From the IMG/VR virus record IMGVR_UViG_3300036985_009306, positions 96,001-160,000 of that record: DNA of 64,000 bases; one strand, written 5' to 3'. Made by a program: the position numbers and the translations under genes. Of the stretch, positions 56,928 through 64,000 are shown in pieces; position 1 is the first letter of the stretch; each line of letters begins with the position of its first letter. The DNA is from a virus. The notes beneath the pieces were generated by a model. That model had not been told where the DNA came from. It ran no database searches and saw only the letters and a program-made list of their open reading frames with translations.

Positions 56928-57200
56928 ATGTTAGACAAAAGACAAGAAGCCGTTTCTATTGCAGAAGAAGTGTTGAACGTTATTCCTAAGGAAGTTACAT
57001 ATAAAGTGCCTGGTCTGACTATGGAGGATATTAAAATTACATATAAAGTGCCTGGTCTGACTATGGAGGATATTAAAATTACATATAAAGTGCCTGGTCT
57101 GACTATGGAGGATATTAAAATTACATATAAAGTGCCTGGTCTGACTATGGAGGATTTAAGTGTTGTTAAAGTTTATGGTGACTGTAGTTTAGATGGCTAA
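56928..57200 (+). CDS. Hypothetical protein with a 14-aa tandem repeat
   Basis: GGGAGG SD; (I/V)TYKVPGLTMEDIK repeats; 3' end overlaps tRNA-His. Confidence 0.45.
   Translation: MLDKRQEAVSIAEEVLNVIPKEVTYKVPGLTMEDIKITYKVPGLTMEDIKITYKVPGLTMEDIKITYKVPGLTMEDLSVVKVYGDCSLDG
56995..57155. repeat. Perfect 42-bp tandem repeat, about 3.8 copies
   Basis: TTACATATAAAGTGCCTGGTCTGACTATGGAGGATATTAAAA at 56995, 57037, 57079 and partial at 57121. Confidence 0.95.
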
Positions 57201-57251
57201 AACATTGCGTTGTGACCGCAAAAATCGGCAGTTCAAGTCTGCTCAGTCACC
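57177..57251 (+). tRNA. tRNA-His(GTG)
   Basis: G-1/C73 signature; TTGCG-TTGTGAC-CGCAA. Confidence 0.88.
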
Positions 57252-57305
57252 CTCTCATTATGAAAAAATATTATACAGTCTACAAAACTAAGCCGCTAAT
57301 TTTCT

Positions 57306-57395
57306 GGGTCAGAGGCAACTATCGGGTGTGTTGCGCAAGACTGTAGATCTTGTCCCGTAGGGTAAACATTGGAGGTTCAACTCCTTCCTGGCCCA
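57306..57395 (+). tRNA. tRNA-Tyr(GTA)
   Basis: CAAGA-CTGTAGA-TCTTG; variable arm; A73. Confidence 0.85.
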
Positions 57396-57412
57396 TTTTG
57401 GAGAAATTTAAA

Positions 57413-58006
57413 ATGTCATCTGTAATAGTTTTGACCAAAACATATGCATATTGGGGAGAGAGATCTCTTGAAGATGCAATTAGATTGTACTTTCGTGGAA
57501 AAGCTGAGATTTTAAAAGCTGATGAAAGTAGATTGATAAAAGCAGGAATTAATAAAAATGGAATTATATTGAAAATGCCTGCACCTTTAATACTTAGATT
57601 GCTTGAATTTACAGGTATTTATCACACAAAAACAAAAATTAAATATTCAAAAGAAGCAGTTTGGAAGAGAGATGATAATTATTGTCAATTTTGGCATAGA
57701 GATGAAAAAGGAAAAAAGTTTAAATATAAATGCTCACAAGATGATAGAACTATAGACCATTTGATTCCTAAAAGTAGAGGTGGAAAACGTAATGACTTTT
57801 TAAATTGTGTGACTGCTTGTAGACATTGTAATGAAAAGATTAAAGGTAACAAAACTCCTTTAGAAGCAGGTCTTATATTAACTAAACTTCCAGAAATACC
57901 AAAGTTTAGACGGGGGGATATGATTATACTGACTTTTTCATTTAATCCTTCAAATAAAGCTCATCAAGCTCTTAGAGAGTTAATCCCTCAATTAATTAAG
58001 CTGTGA
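57413..58006 (+). CDS. HNH endonuclease (McrA-like)
   Basis: KEAVWKRDDNYCQ...TIDHLIPKSRGG...NCVTACRHCN..KGNKTPLEAG. Confidence 0.88.
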   Translation: MSSVIVLTKTYAYWGERSLEDAIRLYFRGKAEILKADESRLIKAGINKNGIILKMPAPLILRLLEFTGIYHTKTKIKYSKEAVWKRDDNYCQFWHRDEKGKKFKYKCSQDDRTIDHLIPKSRGGKRNDFLNCVTACRHCNEKIKGNKTPLEAGLILTKLPEIPKFRRGDMIILTFSFNPSNKAHQALRELIPQLIKL

Positions 58007-58142
58007 GAAGATGATTACATCTACTGGTGTGATATCGAGTTAACGACTTCCTGTTTCATAGAAAGAGCTTGACTTTGATGATCTAAAAATAATTTATAAA
58101 AACAATTGAAAAGTAGATAGAATATTTTGGCTGTTTTTAGAT

Positions 58143-58361
58143 TTGATGTCGATAGTCTCTAATATGAGAATTCTAGTTTTACATGGAATATGTGGCGACA
58201 GATATTTCTTAATAAAGGATGATGCTCACCTTTTTAGTGTTTGTATAGCTATTATTAAGGAGAGACTTAATGATGGTTATCGGTATGTTGCTGAAGAGCC
58301 TCTTGGATTGACAAAACAACAGATCGATAATCTTCCTTCTGGTAAAAGGGACATACTATGA
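58143..58361 (+). CDS. Hypothetical protein
   Basis: Small ORF. Confidence 0.35.
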   Translation: MMSIVSNMRILVLHGICGDRYFLIKDDAHLFSVCIAIIKERLNDGYRYVAEEPLGLTKQQIDNLPSGKRDIL

Positions 58362-58546
58362 AAGTCTTTCCATTGGGAACTAAAAGAGAAGAAGAAACAC
58401 AAATGATTACTATTCGTTTGAAGTGTAATCACAAAGGTTGCAGAAAAACTATACAAGGAGTTGAAGGATATAACGGTCATTTTTATTATCGTAGAAAATT
58501 TGCAGCTGATCTAAGAAATCAAGTATGGGTTTGTGATGAACATTAA
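58358..58546 (+). CDS. Small Cys/His-motif protein
   Basis: CNHKGC...WVCDEH. Confidence 0.45.
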   Translation: MKVFPLGTKREEETQMITIRLKCNHKGCRKTIQGVEGYNGHFYYRRKFAADLRNQVWVCDEH

Positions 58547-58581
58547 ACAAAGAAGAGTACAATCAATCAGGAGAGTGTAGA

Positions 58582-59358
58582 ATGAAATTCGAGTTTAAAC
58601 CTTCTCAAAAAGTTCGTCAATTCAAATGTTCTGATTTAATAGGTAAAATAGTAACAATTTCTTGTGAACATTTGTCAAGTGACAAGAAAAGTCAATATAT
58701 TCAGGCAAGATCAAAATTACTTTATGATTTTGGAATTTATGGAGTATCAGATTGGGTGCCTGTACTTGGGAAAAAAGATACAGAAGTAAAGAGAAAAATC
58801 ATAGGTTGTTGTTTGAAAGAAGCAATGAATGGTGGGAGATGTGATAATAAAGAATATTCTTCTTATCAGGATTATTTTAACAAAGACAAAAAAGAAGAAG
58901 TCAAAAAGTATTGGATAGGTGGATTGTTGGAAAGAATTGATAGAGGCGGTGGAGATGCCGATAAAACAAGTCTTATTCTTAGGTTTAAAGATTTTTCTTT
59001 AGAGAATAATACTTGGAGTATGACAGCACCTGAAGAATGGTATTCTGAGTTGCACCAACTAGAATTTCCACGTGGTTTTTATGAGACTTCAGAAGAGGCA
59101 ATTAAGTTTTTTGGAGATAAGGCTCATGATGATCTTTTTGGAGAACGGTATTTCCCTGTAATAGTTTTTCCTAAGGATACAGAGGCTAATGTTAGAGAAA
59201 TTGCTGGTATGCCTAAGTCATGTTCTAAAGCTATTATGACAAAAGAATATATTATATTTGGAACTCGTTGCAAATCTTCTGAATATACAGATGTCATTGA
59301 TAAAACTTATAAAGCAGATGGAAAAGTAGCAAAGTCTAAAGAGTGGGATTGGGACTGA
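58582..59358 (+). CDS. Hypothetical protein
   Basis: AGGAG SD; 258 aa. Confidence 0.6.
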   Translation: MKFEFKPSQKVRQFKCSDLIGKIVTISCEHLSSDKKSQYIQARSKLLYDFGIYGVSDWVPVLGKKDTEVKRKIIGCCLKEAMNGGRCDNKEYSSYQDYFNKDKKEEVKKYWIGGLLERIDRGGGDADKTSLILRFKDFSLENNTWSMTAPEEWYSELHQLEFPRGFYETSEEAIKFFGDKAHDDLFGERYFPVIVFPKDTEANVREIAGMPKSCSKAIMTKEYIIFGTRCKSSEYTDVIDKTYKADGKVAKSKEWDWD

Positions 59359-59384
59359 GTCCTTCAGTAAGAAAGTGAGATAAT

Positions 59385-59942
59385 GTGAAAGAACAATTTA
59401 TAGATCCACGAGTGAATATTATCACACATAATTTTATACGAGAAAAAATTAAAGAAATCCCAGAAGATGTAAACAAGATTTCTAATGAACAATGGGATTG
59501 GATTTTAGATTTGACAAAAGATGAAGGTCTTTTAAAACTTGAGTTTCGATGCAAGATTATTAATAAATTAGGTTTTGGTCATTCTCTTATTTTTAATAAA
59601 GAAGCAAATCAACCTATTCTTTGTATAAAGAGAGAGTTTCCAAAATGGGACAAAAGTATAGGTAAAAATGGTGGATGGTTAGTTTCTGATGAAACTCAAA
59701 ACAATCCAGAAAAAATAAAAAAAGGTTTTGAAATTATTAGACAATATTTAAAACCTATTGAAGAAACAAGTATTGTTTTTGAAGTTTGTGATCTTAAAAA
59801 ATGTTCATCTGTTTTATTTGTTAGCAAAAGAAATGTAAAACTTGTAGAAACTGATGAGAAAATTAAAGAATTTAAAAACTTTGGTATATTTATAGATTGG
59901 TTGTTTGATCAATACGCTGAACTCATACAAATGAGTGGATAA
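59385..59942 (+). CDS. Hypothetical protein
   Basis: 185 aa, GTG start. Confidence 0.55.
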   Translation: MKEQFIDPRVNIITHNFIREKIKEIPEDVNKISNEQWDWILDLTKDEGLLKLEFRCKIINKLGFGHSLIFNKEANQPILCIKREFPKWDKSIGKNGGWLVSDETQNNPEKIKKGFEIIRQYLKPIEETSIVFEVCDLKKCSSVLFVSKRNVKLVETDEKIKEFKNFGIFIDWLFDQYAELIQMSG

Positions 59943-60114
59943 AGGAAAGAGAATAATATGACAGATGAACAAAGAGCTTCTTACATTATATCGCAATCAG
60001 TTTGTGCCTTGGCCGAAATAGAATACCCTTTTCGTACTGAATCTGATTTTCAAGGAGTTGACAAACCAGTTGCGCGTTATTGTAGTTCTGCCGCGAGAAA
60101 GGTTAAGGTTCAAA

Positions 60115-60321
60115 ATGAAGTTGACAGAATGTAAGGTTGGTTGTCCTCGGCGCGGCAGAAAGAAAATTGTGGAGTTGCCGCAAACAGGCAAACAACAACG
60201 CAAGGGCGAAATTTGCCGCTGCGGTAGCAAGAAAGATTGGGAACATATTCGTAACTTTGTCGGTTGGTGTAACTTTAATTTTTGTCCCGAATGTGGCGGC
60301 AAACTGTCGCCCGTTGCGTAG
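60115..60321 (+). CDS. Cassette-like ORF whose Zn-finger C-terminus is encoded inside attC-like element H
   Basis: CRCG...FCPECGGKL; stop TAG in the right arm. Confidence 0.5.
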   Translation: MKLTECKVGCPRRGRKKIVELPQTGKQQRKGEICRCGSKKDWEHIRNFVGWCNFNFCPECGGKLSPVA

Positions 60322-60330
60322 ACGTTAGGC
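60190..60330. repeat. attC-like inverted repeat H (clearest example)
   Basis: AAC...GTTAGGC core; ACGCAA/TTGCGT, GGGCGA/TCGCCC and TTTGCCGC/GCGGCAAA arms with unpaired G60313. Confidence 0.75.
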
Positions 60331-60421
60331 ACAATTGTCAACGCTTGAGAGCTATAGTTTTTGGGAGCTAAGATGTCAAAGATGAGTATATGGGCATGTA
60401 ATTGTATTCCTGGTGTGAAAT

Positions 60422-60652
60422 ATGAGATATGATGATGGTGATTTTTTTCCTTATACTTTATTTGAAATTTGTAGGGTAGGAACGAAAGCTAAACACCAGA
60501 TTAATGATGTAAGACATTTCAAAGATGAGAAAAAGTTTGTTAAGGCTGTGCGAGGGGCAAAAATAAAGATAGATCAGAATTATGGGCGTAGAAAAATTAA
60601 AAAGTTATTGCAGGAAATTGAAAGAATAGAATATATGTATCAGTTGAATTAA
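60422..60652 (+). CDS. Hypothetical protein (start uncertain)
   Basis: 76-aa ORF. Confidence 0.4.
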   Translation: MRYDDGDFFPYTLFEICRVGTKAKHQINDVRHFKDEKKFVKAVRGAKIKIDQNYGRRKIKKLLQEIERIEYMYQLN

Positions 60653-60783
60653 TAATATTATAAGTAATTTTACAGAAGAATACGTACAAAAAGAAATGTA
60701 TGATTATTTTGGCATAAAAGAAAATGATAACATATTAAACATAAATGGAAATATAAATACAGATTTCTTTGAAGGGATTAAAA

Positions 60784-61182
60784 ATGAAAAAGATACCAAC
60801 CGTTAGTGGAATTGTATCAAAACCTGCTAATGATGAATATAGAAAAAATTATGACAGGATATTTGGTGAACAACAAGAAATTAAAGAAAAACCAATAATT
60901 AAAGAAAAACCAATAAAAAAAGAATTTATAGATTTAATTCCTATAAGAAATGATCTTGTTAATATAGAACGTAAACTTCGTAGACTATTGCACCCTTTAG
61001 AAAATTGTGGAATACGAGGTTATATAGAATGTAAACTTCGTAGACTATTGCACCCTTTAGAAAATTGTGGAATACGAGGTTACACAAGTAAAGAATTCGA
61101 GGGATTTCAATGTATTGAGATAGCCCAATCAATTAAATTTCTTTTATGTAAAATTGATGAACAAAATCACGAGGCAAAATAA
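60784..61182 (+). CDS. Hypothetical protein with internal duplications
   Basis: IKEKPI x2; 20-aa unit x2. Confidence 0.45.
   Translation: MKKIPTVSGIVSKPANDEYRKNYDRIFGEQQEIKEKPIIKEKPIKKEFIDLIPIRNDLVNIERKLRRLLHPLENCGIRGYIECKLRRLLHPLENCGIRGYTSKEFEGFQCIEIAQSIKFLLCKIDEQNHEAK
60962..61082. repeat. 60-bp near-perfect tandem duplication
   Basis: GTAAACTTCGTAGACTATTGCACCCTTTAGAAAATTGTGGAATACGAGGTTA at 60971 and 61031. Confidence 0.95.
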
Positions 61183-61265
61183 ATCATGGGTAAAAAAGCG
61201 TGCTAAGTTGTGATAGGAAGATGAAAAAGCAATAATAATTGATTTACCAAGTTTAGGAAAATTAT

Positions 61266-62273
61266 ATGCTTAGAAAACTAGCTTCAATTCGAAAAGTAAG
61301 AGACATCAAACCAATAAAAGATGCTGATGCAATTGAACTTGCAATTGTTGATGGATGGCAAGTAGTTGTAAAAAAGGGACAATTTAAACTTGATGAACTT
61401 GTAGTCTATGTAGAAATAGACTCATTTTTGCCAGAACGCTCAGAATTCGAGTTTTTAAGAAAAAGCTCACATCGAACAATGGCGGACGGTTCAACAGGAT
61501 TTAGACTTAAAACTGTTCGTTTGAGAGGACAACTTAGTCAAGGTTTGATTCTTCCTCTCAATGAAGTCAATCTTTCTAATGTCAATCTGGGTGATGAAGT
61601 TACAGAGCAACTGGGAATTAAAAAGTATGAACCACCTATTCCAGCTTGTCTTGCAGGAGAGATGAGAGGAGCTGTTCCAGGAGAAATTCATAAAAGTGAT
61701 CAAGAAAGAATTCACAATTTATTAAACTATTGGACAATCTATAAAGATTTAGAATTTGAAGAAACAGAGAAGCTCAATGGTGCTAGTATGACTGTTTATC
61801 ACAATCAGGGAGATACCGGAGTTTGTGGCCATAAATGGAATATGAAGGAAACTAAGGACAACACCCTTTGGAAGGTCTCTAGAAGGCTCGAATTAACAGA
61901 GAGATTAACTAAATTAGGATTGAATCTAGCACTTCAAGGTGAGATCATTGGAGAAGGTATTCAATCTAATTGGTACAAAATAATTGGACAAACTTTTAAA
62001 ATCTATGATATCTGGGATATTGACAATCAGTACTATTTAACAAACAAAGAACGATTAGATATCATTCAAAAACTTGGATTTGATCTTTCTATTCACGTAC
62101 CTATTCTAAATGCTCATATGAAGATTTTTGATATAATTAAAGATGTTAATGAATTTTTAGAATATTCAACAGGAATTTCAAAATTAGCCAATGTGCAACG
62201 AGAGGGTCTTGTTTATAAATCAACAGAAAGAGTTGGACCTCAAACTATTTCTTTTAAAGTATTAAAAGAGTGA
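61266..62273 (+). CDS. ATP-dependent RNA ligase (DRB0094/Rnl2-like family)
   Basis: RKLASIRKV..IKPI.DADAIE...GWQVVVKKG...EIDSFLP; TEKLNGAS; LQGEIIGEGIQ; REGLVYK; ISFK. Confidence 0.9.
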   Translation: MLRKLASIRKVRDIKPIKDADAIELAIVDGWQVVVKKGQFKLDELVVYVEIDSFLPERSEFEFLRKSSHRTMADGSTGFRLKTVRLRGQLSQGLILPLNEVNLSNVNLGDEVTEQLGIKKYEPPIPACLAGEMRGAVPGEIHKSDQERIHNLLNYWTIYKDLEFEETEKLNGASMTVYHNQGDTGVCGHKWNMKETKDNTLWKVSRRLELTERLTKLGLNLALQGEIIGEGIQSNWYKIIGQTFKIYDIWDIDNQYYLTNKERLDIIQKLGFDLSIHVPILNAHMKIFDIIKDVNEFLEYSTGISKLANVQREGLVYKSTERVGPQTISFKVLKE

Positions 62274-62277
62274 TTAT

Positions 62278-62535
62278 ATGACTAAAGAAGAATTTTGTAA
62301 AGCTCCCAAAAAGGTAACTATAGTTTTTAATCGAGTAACATCAAATGAAGAATTAAAAAGACTTTTAGATATGGCAAGTTTGAATGTCGAAAGTTCTATT
62401 ATGGGTGCTGATTTTAGTACTGTGGAAAATGGTGTTCAAAAGAGTTGCGGAACGCCTTACATCTTACAACAGGTCGAGTATGCCATGCCGGGGAATCCAC
62501 AGACGCGAGCTATCCTTGGCAACAAGGGTAGATGA
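62278..62535 (+). CDS. Hypothetical protein running into element D
   Basis: AT-rich N-terminus, GC-rich C-terminus. Confidence 0.45.
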   Translation: MTKEEFCKAPKKVTIVFNRVTSNEELKRLLDMASLNVESSIMGADFSTVENGVQKSCGTPYILQQVEYAMPGNPQTRAILGNKGR

Positions 62536-62597
62536 AAAAGGTGCAGTCCGGTTACAAGTCGGACGTTCCCCGGCACAGCACACGTCGGCCGTTTTCT
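62464..62597. repeat. attC-like element D
   Basis: ACATCTTACAACAG left end; perfect TGCCGGGGAA/TTCCCCGGCA arms; ends GGCCGTT. Confidence 0.65.
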
Positions 62598-62655
62598 TTT
62601 CTGGTGGAAGGTGTGTGACATTTCCGCTGACATTAGGGAAATTCGCGCAACGGTC

Positions 62656-62781
62656 GTACAACAGGCAAAGGAATGCCATAACCTTGACACTATAGAAGTA
62701 AAAAATAAATAGCGGTTCGGCAAACGGATGCCGTAACCGCTGCAAGAAATTTATGTCACTCTGATATTCAGATGTTGGCGC
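62656..62781. repeat. attC-like element F
   Basis: TACAACAG left end; internal AGCGGTT/AACCGCT hairpin; right arm CACTCTGATATTCAGATGTTGGCGC then AGGAG SD and ATG. Confidence 0.6.
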
Positions 62782-62794
62782 AGGAGAAAACCAA

Positions 62795-63031
62795 ATGCCT
62801 AAATTCAGACTTAGAAATTCAGTAGATTGTGAAGAAGAACAGATAGTCAATCTTATTAAAGGTACTAACGGGGAACGATTTATAGCAGGTTGGAAAGGTT
62901 GCGGTGCTGTAAAATTCAAAGCAAATGATACAGCACTAATTTTTGAAGTTATGTGTGAAAATAAACCCTATGGTGATGTCGGGGTTACTTGGGAAGAAGA
63001 TGCGTCAACGGACACTAAAGAAGTGACCTAA
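62795..63031 (+). CDS. Cassette-like small ORF after element F
   Basis: AGGAG SD directly after GTTGGCGC. Confidence 0.55.
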   Translation: MPKFRLRNSVDCEEEQIVNLIKGTNGERFIAGWKGCGAVKFKANDTALIFEVMCENKPYGDVGVTWEEDASTDTKEVT

Positions 63032-63080
63032 ACATCTTACAATTTGAATAAATAGGTGGGCGCAAAACAAAGGAGTAATT

Positions 63081-63188
63081 ATGTGTATTTTTCACAAGTG
63101 GACTAAATGGGAACAGTATACGTTCAACAAGGCTGATAAAGATAAGCGTATTGTTGAAGTTGAACGTAGACAGCGCAGGCATTGTTAA
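63081..63188 (+). CDS. Small ORF MCIFHKWTKW... (possibly truncated CxxC protein)
   Basis: AAAGGAG SD; TAA falls inside HC*VC. Confidence 0.4.
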   Translation: MCIFHKWTKWEQYTFNKADKDKRIVEVERRQRRHC

Positions 63189-63555
63189 GTCTGCGATAGC
63201 CGAAGGGTTGCCAATGACAAAATTTGAGCTGATTTCACAATTTGGAATGAATATTAAATGATAGATATTCATAGTTTAGTAGAAGTTGTGCCGAGTGATG
63301 ATGTATGTTTGATGATAAGGCTTGGTTGGTTGGCCGAAAGCTGTAAAATCGTTATGAACAGTCGGACGAGAGTAGGGTGTAAGTAACGTGCCTAAGTAAA
63401 AGAATAGCGCTCTGACTATCCCTAAGCCTATTCTTCGCCAAGCCTATATTATACTATTGCGTATAGGTAAGTCTTTTAGAGAAGTTAAAAAGATGAACAA
63501 GTATCGATAAAGATTTTGTGCGATGTCCAGGAATTTGCTGACAAAGTTAAAAAAA

Positions 63556-63586
63556 TTGTACATTTGCAATAAAATGTATTATATTA
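63556..63586 (+). promoter_or_regulatory. Putative promoter of tRNA array 2
   Basis: TTGTACATTT...TATATTA; same motif and spacing as 53327. Confidence 0.6.
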
Positions 63587-63594
63587 GATGCATT

Positions 63595-63660
63595 ATGATA
63601 ACAAAGCTTTTTCAACAGCCGCAACCACAACCCAAACACCTGAGGAGTGAAGCCTGTTGA
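63595..63660 (+). CDS. Putative attenuator leader peptide (21 aa) MITKLFQQPQPQPKHLRSEAC
   Basis: CAA CAG CCG CAA CCA CAA CCC run; stop TGA just past the antiterminator strand; downstream tRNAs are Pro and Gln. Confidence 0.75.
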   Translation: MITKLFQQPQPQPKHLRSEAC

Positions 63661-63720
63661 AATAAGTTGATATAGATTTTTCAAAAGGCCTCACTCGAAA
63701 GTTTGAGGCTTTTTTGTTTT
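63610..63720 (+). promoter_or_regulatory. Transcription attenuator 2 (1:2, 2:3 and 3:4 helices)
   Basis: TTTCAACAG(63610)/CTGTTGAAA(63654); GAGTGAAGCCT(63645)/AGGCCTCACTC(63686); terminator AAAAGGCCTCA...TGAGGCTTTTTTGTTTT. Confidence 0.78.
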
Positions 63721-63723
63721 AAA

Positions 63724-63796
63724 CAGGGCGTATTTCAGCTAGTAGAATTCTTGATTTGGGATCAAGAGGTCGGGAGTGCAAACCTCCCCGCCCTGA
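63724..63796 (+). tRNA. tRNA-Pro(TGG)
   Basis: CAGGGCG/CGCCCTG; CTTGA-TTTGGGA-TCAAG; A73. Confidence 0.85.
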
Positions 63797-63802
63797 AATT
63801 GA

Positions 63803-63851
63803 CAGGTAGTAGCTCAATTGGTAGAGCACCGCATGAGTCTCTCCTGCCTGA
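63803..63851 (+). pseudogene. Internally deleted tRNA (Pro-like acceptor; anticodon arm and most of the T arm missing)
   Basis: CAGGTAG/CTGCCTG acceptor, intact TAGCTCAATTGGTAGAGC D arm, only about 15 nt between the D arm and the 3' strand. Confidence 0.65.
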
Positions 63852-63870
63852 ATTTTATAATACAGTTCTT

Positions 63871-63944
63871 GGGTGTGTCTTCCAGTAGGTTTAGGAAACT
63901 AGATTTTGAATCTAGCAACCAAGGTTCAAATCCTTGCACACTCG
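63871..63944 (+). tRNA. tRNA-Gln(TTG)
   Basis: GGGTGTG/CACACTC; CTAGA-TTTTGAA-TCTAG; G73. Confidence 0.85.
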
Positions 63945-64000
63945 ATTTTAATAGTTATGTCGATACTGTCTAAATTTTTGCCAAAATTCAATGATTTGGT

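Noticed and set aside
56995-57155. 42-bp repeats as a CRISPR array
   Set aside because: Copies are contiguous with no spacers and are in frame within an ORF
2245-61715. Short antisense and shadow ORFs in the six-frame track (e.g. 6013-6285, 14535-14858, 19743-20102, 25988-26308)
   Set aside because: They overlap well-supported + strand genes, lack SD sites and read as low-complexity antisense translations
46100-62800. Complete integron with integrase
   Set aside because: No tyrosine recombinase ORF on either strand near any attC-like site
63588-63650. Alternative Thr/Ala-rich leader frame MHYDNKAFSTAATTTQTPEE
   Set aside because: Its ATG lies upstream of the likely start site implied by the TATATT box, and visible tRNAs are Pro/Gln; reconsider if Thr/Ala tRNAs follow beyond the window

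Overview
AT-rich segment of a large tailed-phage (jumbo/myovirus-like) genome, almost all on the + strand. No capsid or DNA polymerase gene is in the window. Order: end of a tail/baseplate module (1-4.4 kb); a zinc-finger/PD-(D/E)xK nuclease; a long replication/recombination/expression module (SF2 helicase, DnaC-like loader, DnaB, full-length trigger factor, primase, sigma-like factor, NusG, DinG-like helicase, 5'-3' exonuclease, tandem HU-like protein, UvsY-like, SSB, RecA, RuvC, SbcCD, NYN, catalytically degenerate DNA ligase; 8.8-36.9 kb); a block of probable virion-internal proteins interrupted by an intact IscB/omegaRNA element (37-44.4 kb); putative spanin-like lysis genes; an accessory region; and two tRNA arrays (53.6-57.4 kb and 63.7 kb to the window end) with HNH nucleases and an RNA ligase nearby. 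Best candidate for a new system: both tRNA arrays start with the same promoter motif, then a short leader peptide whose codons match the downstream tRNAs (QQPQPQP before tRNA-Pro/tRNA-Gln; a His/Lys/Leu/Ser/Cys/Tyr/Phe/Val codon run before the matching 15-tRNA array) and a full anti-antiterminator/antiterminator/terminator layout. This looks like ribosome-mediated attenuation that would switch on phage tRNA genes when those tRNAs are depleted. Also notable: a circularly permuted tRNA-Tyr-like RNA closed by a long outer stem, and at least seven GC-rich integron attC-like inverted repeats flanking small cassette-like ORFs with no integrase in the window. All calls are by eye; no database searches were run.
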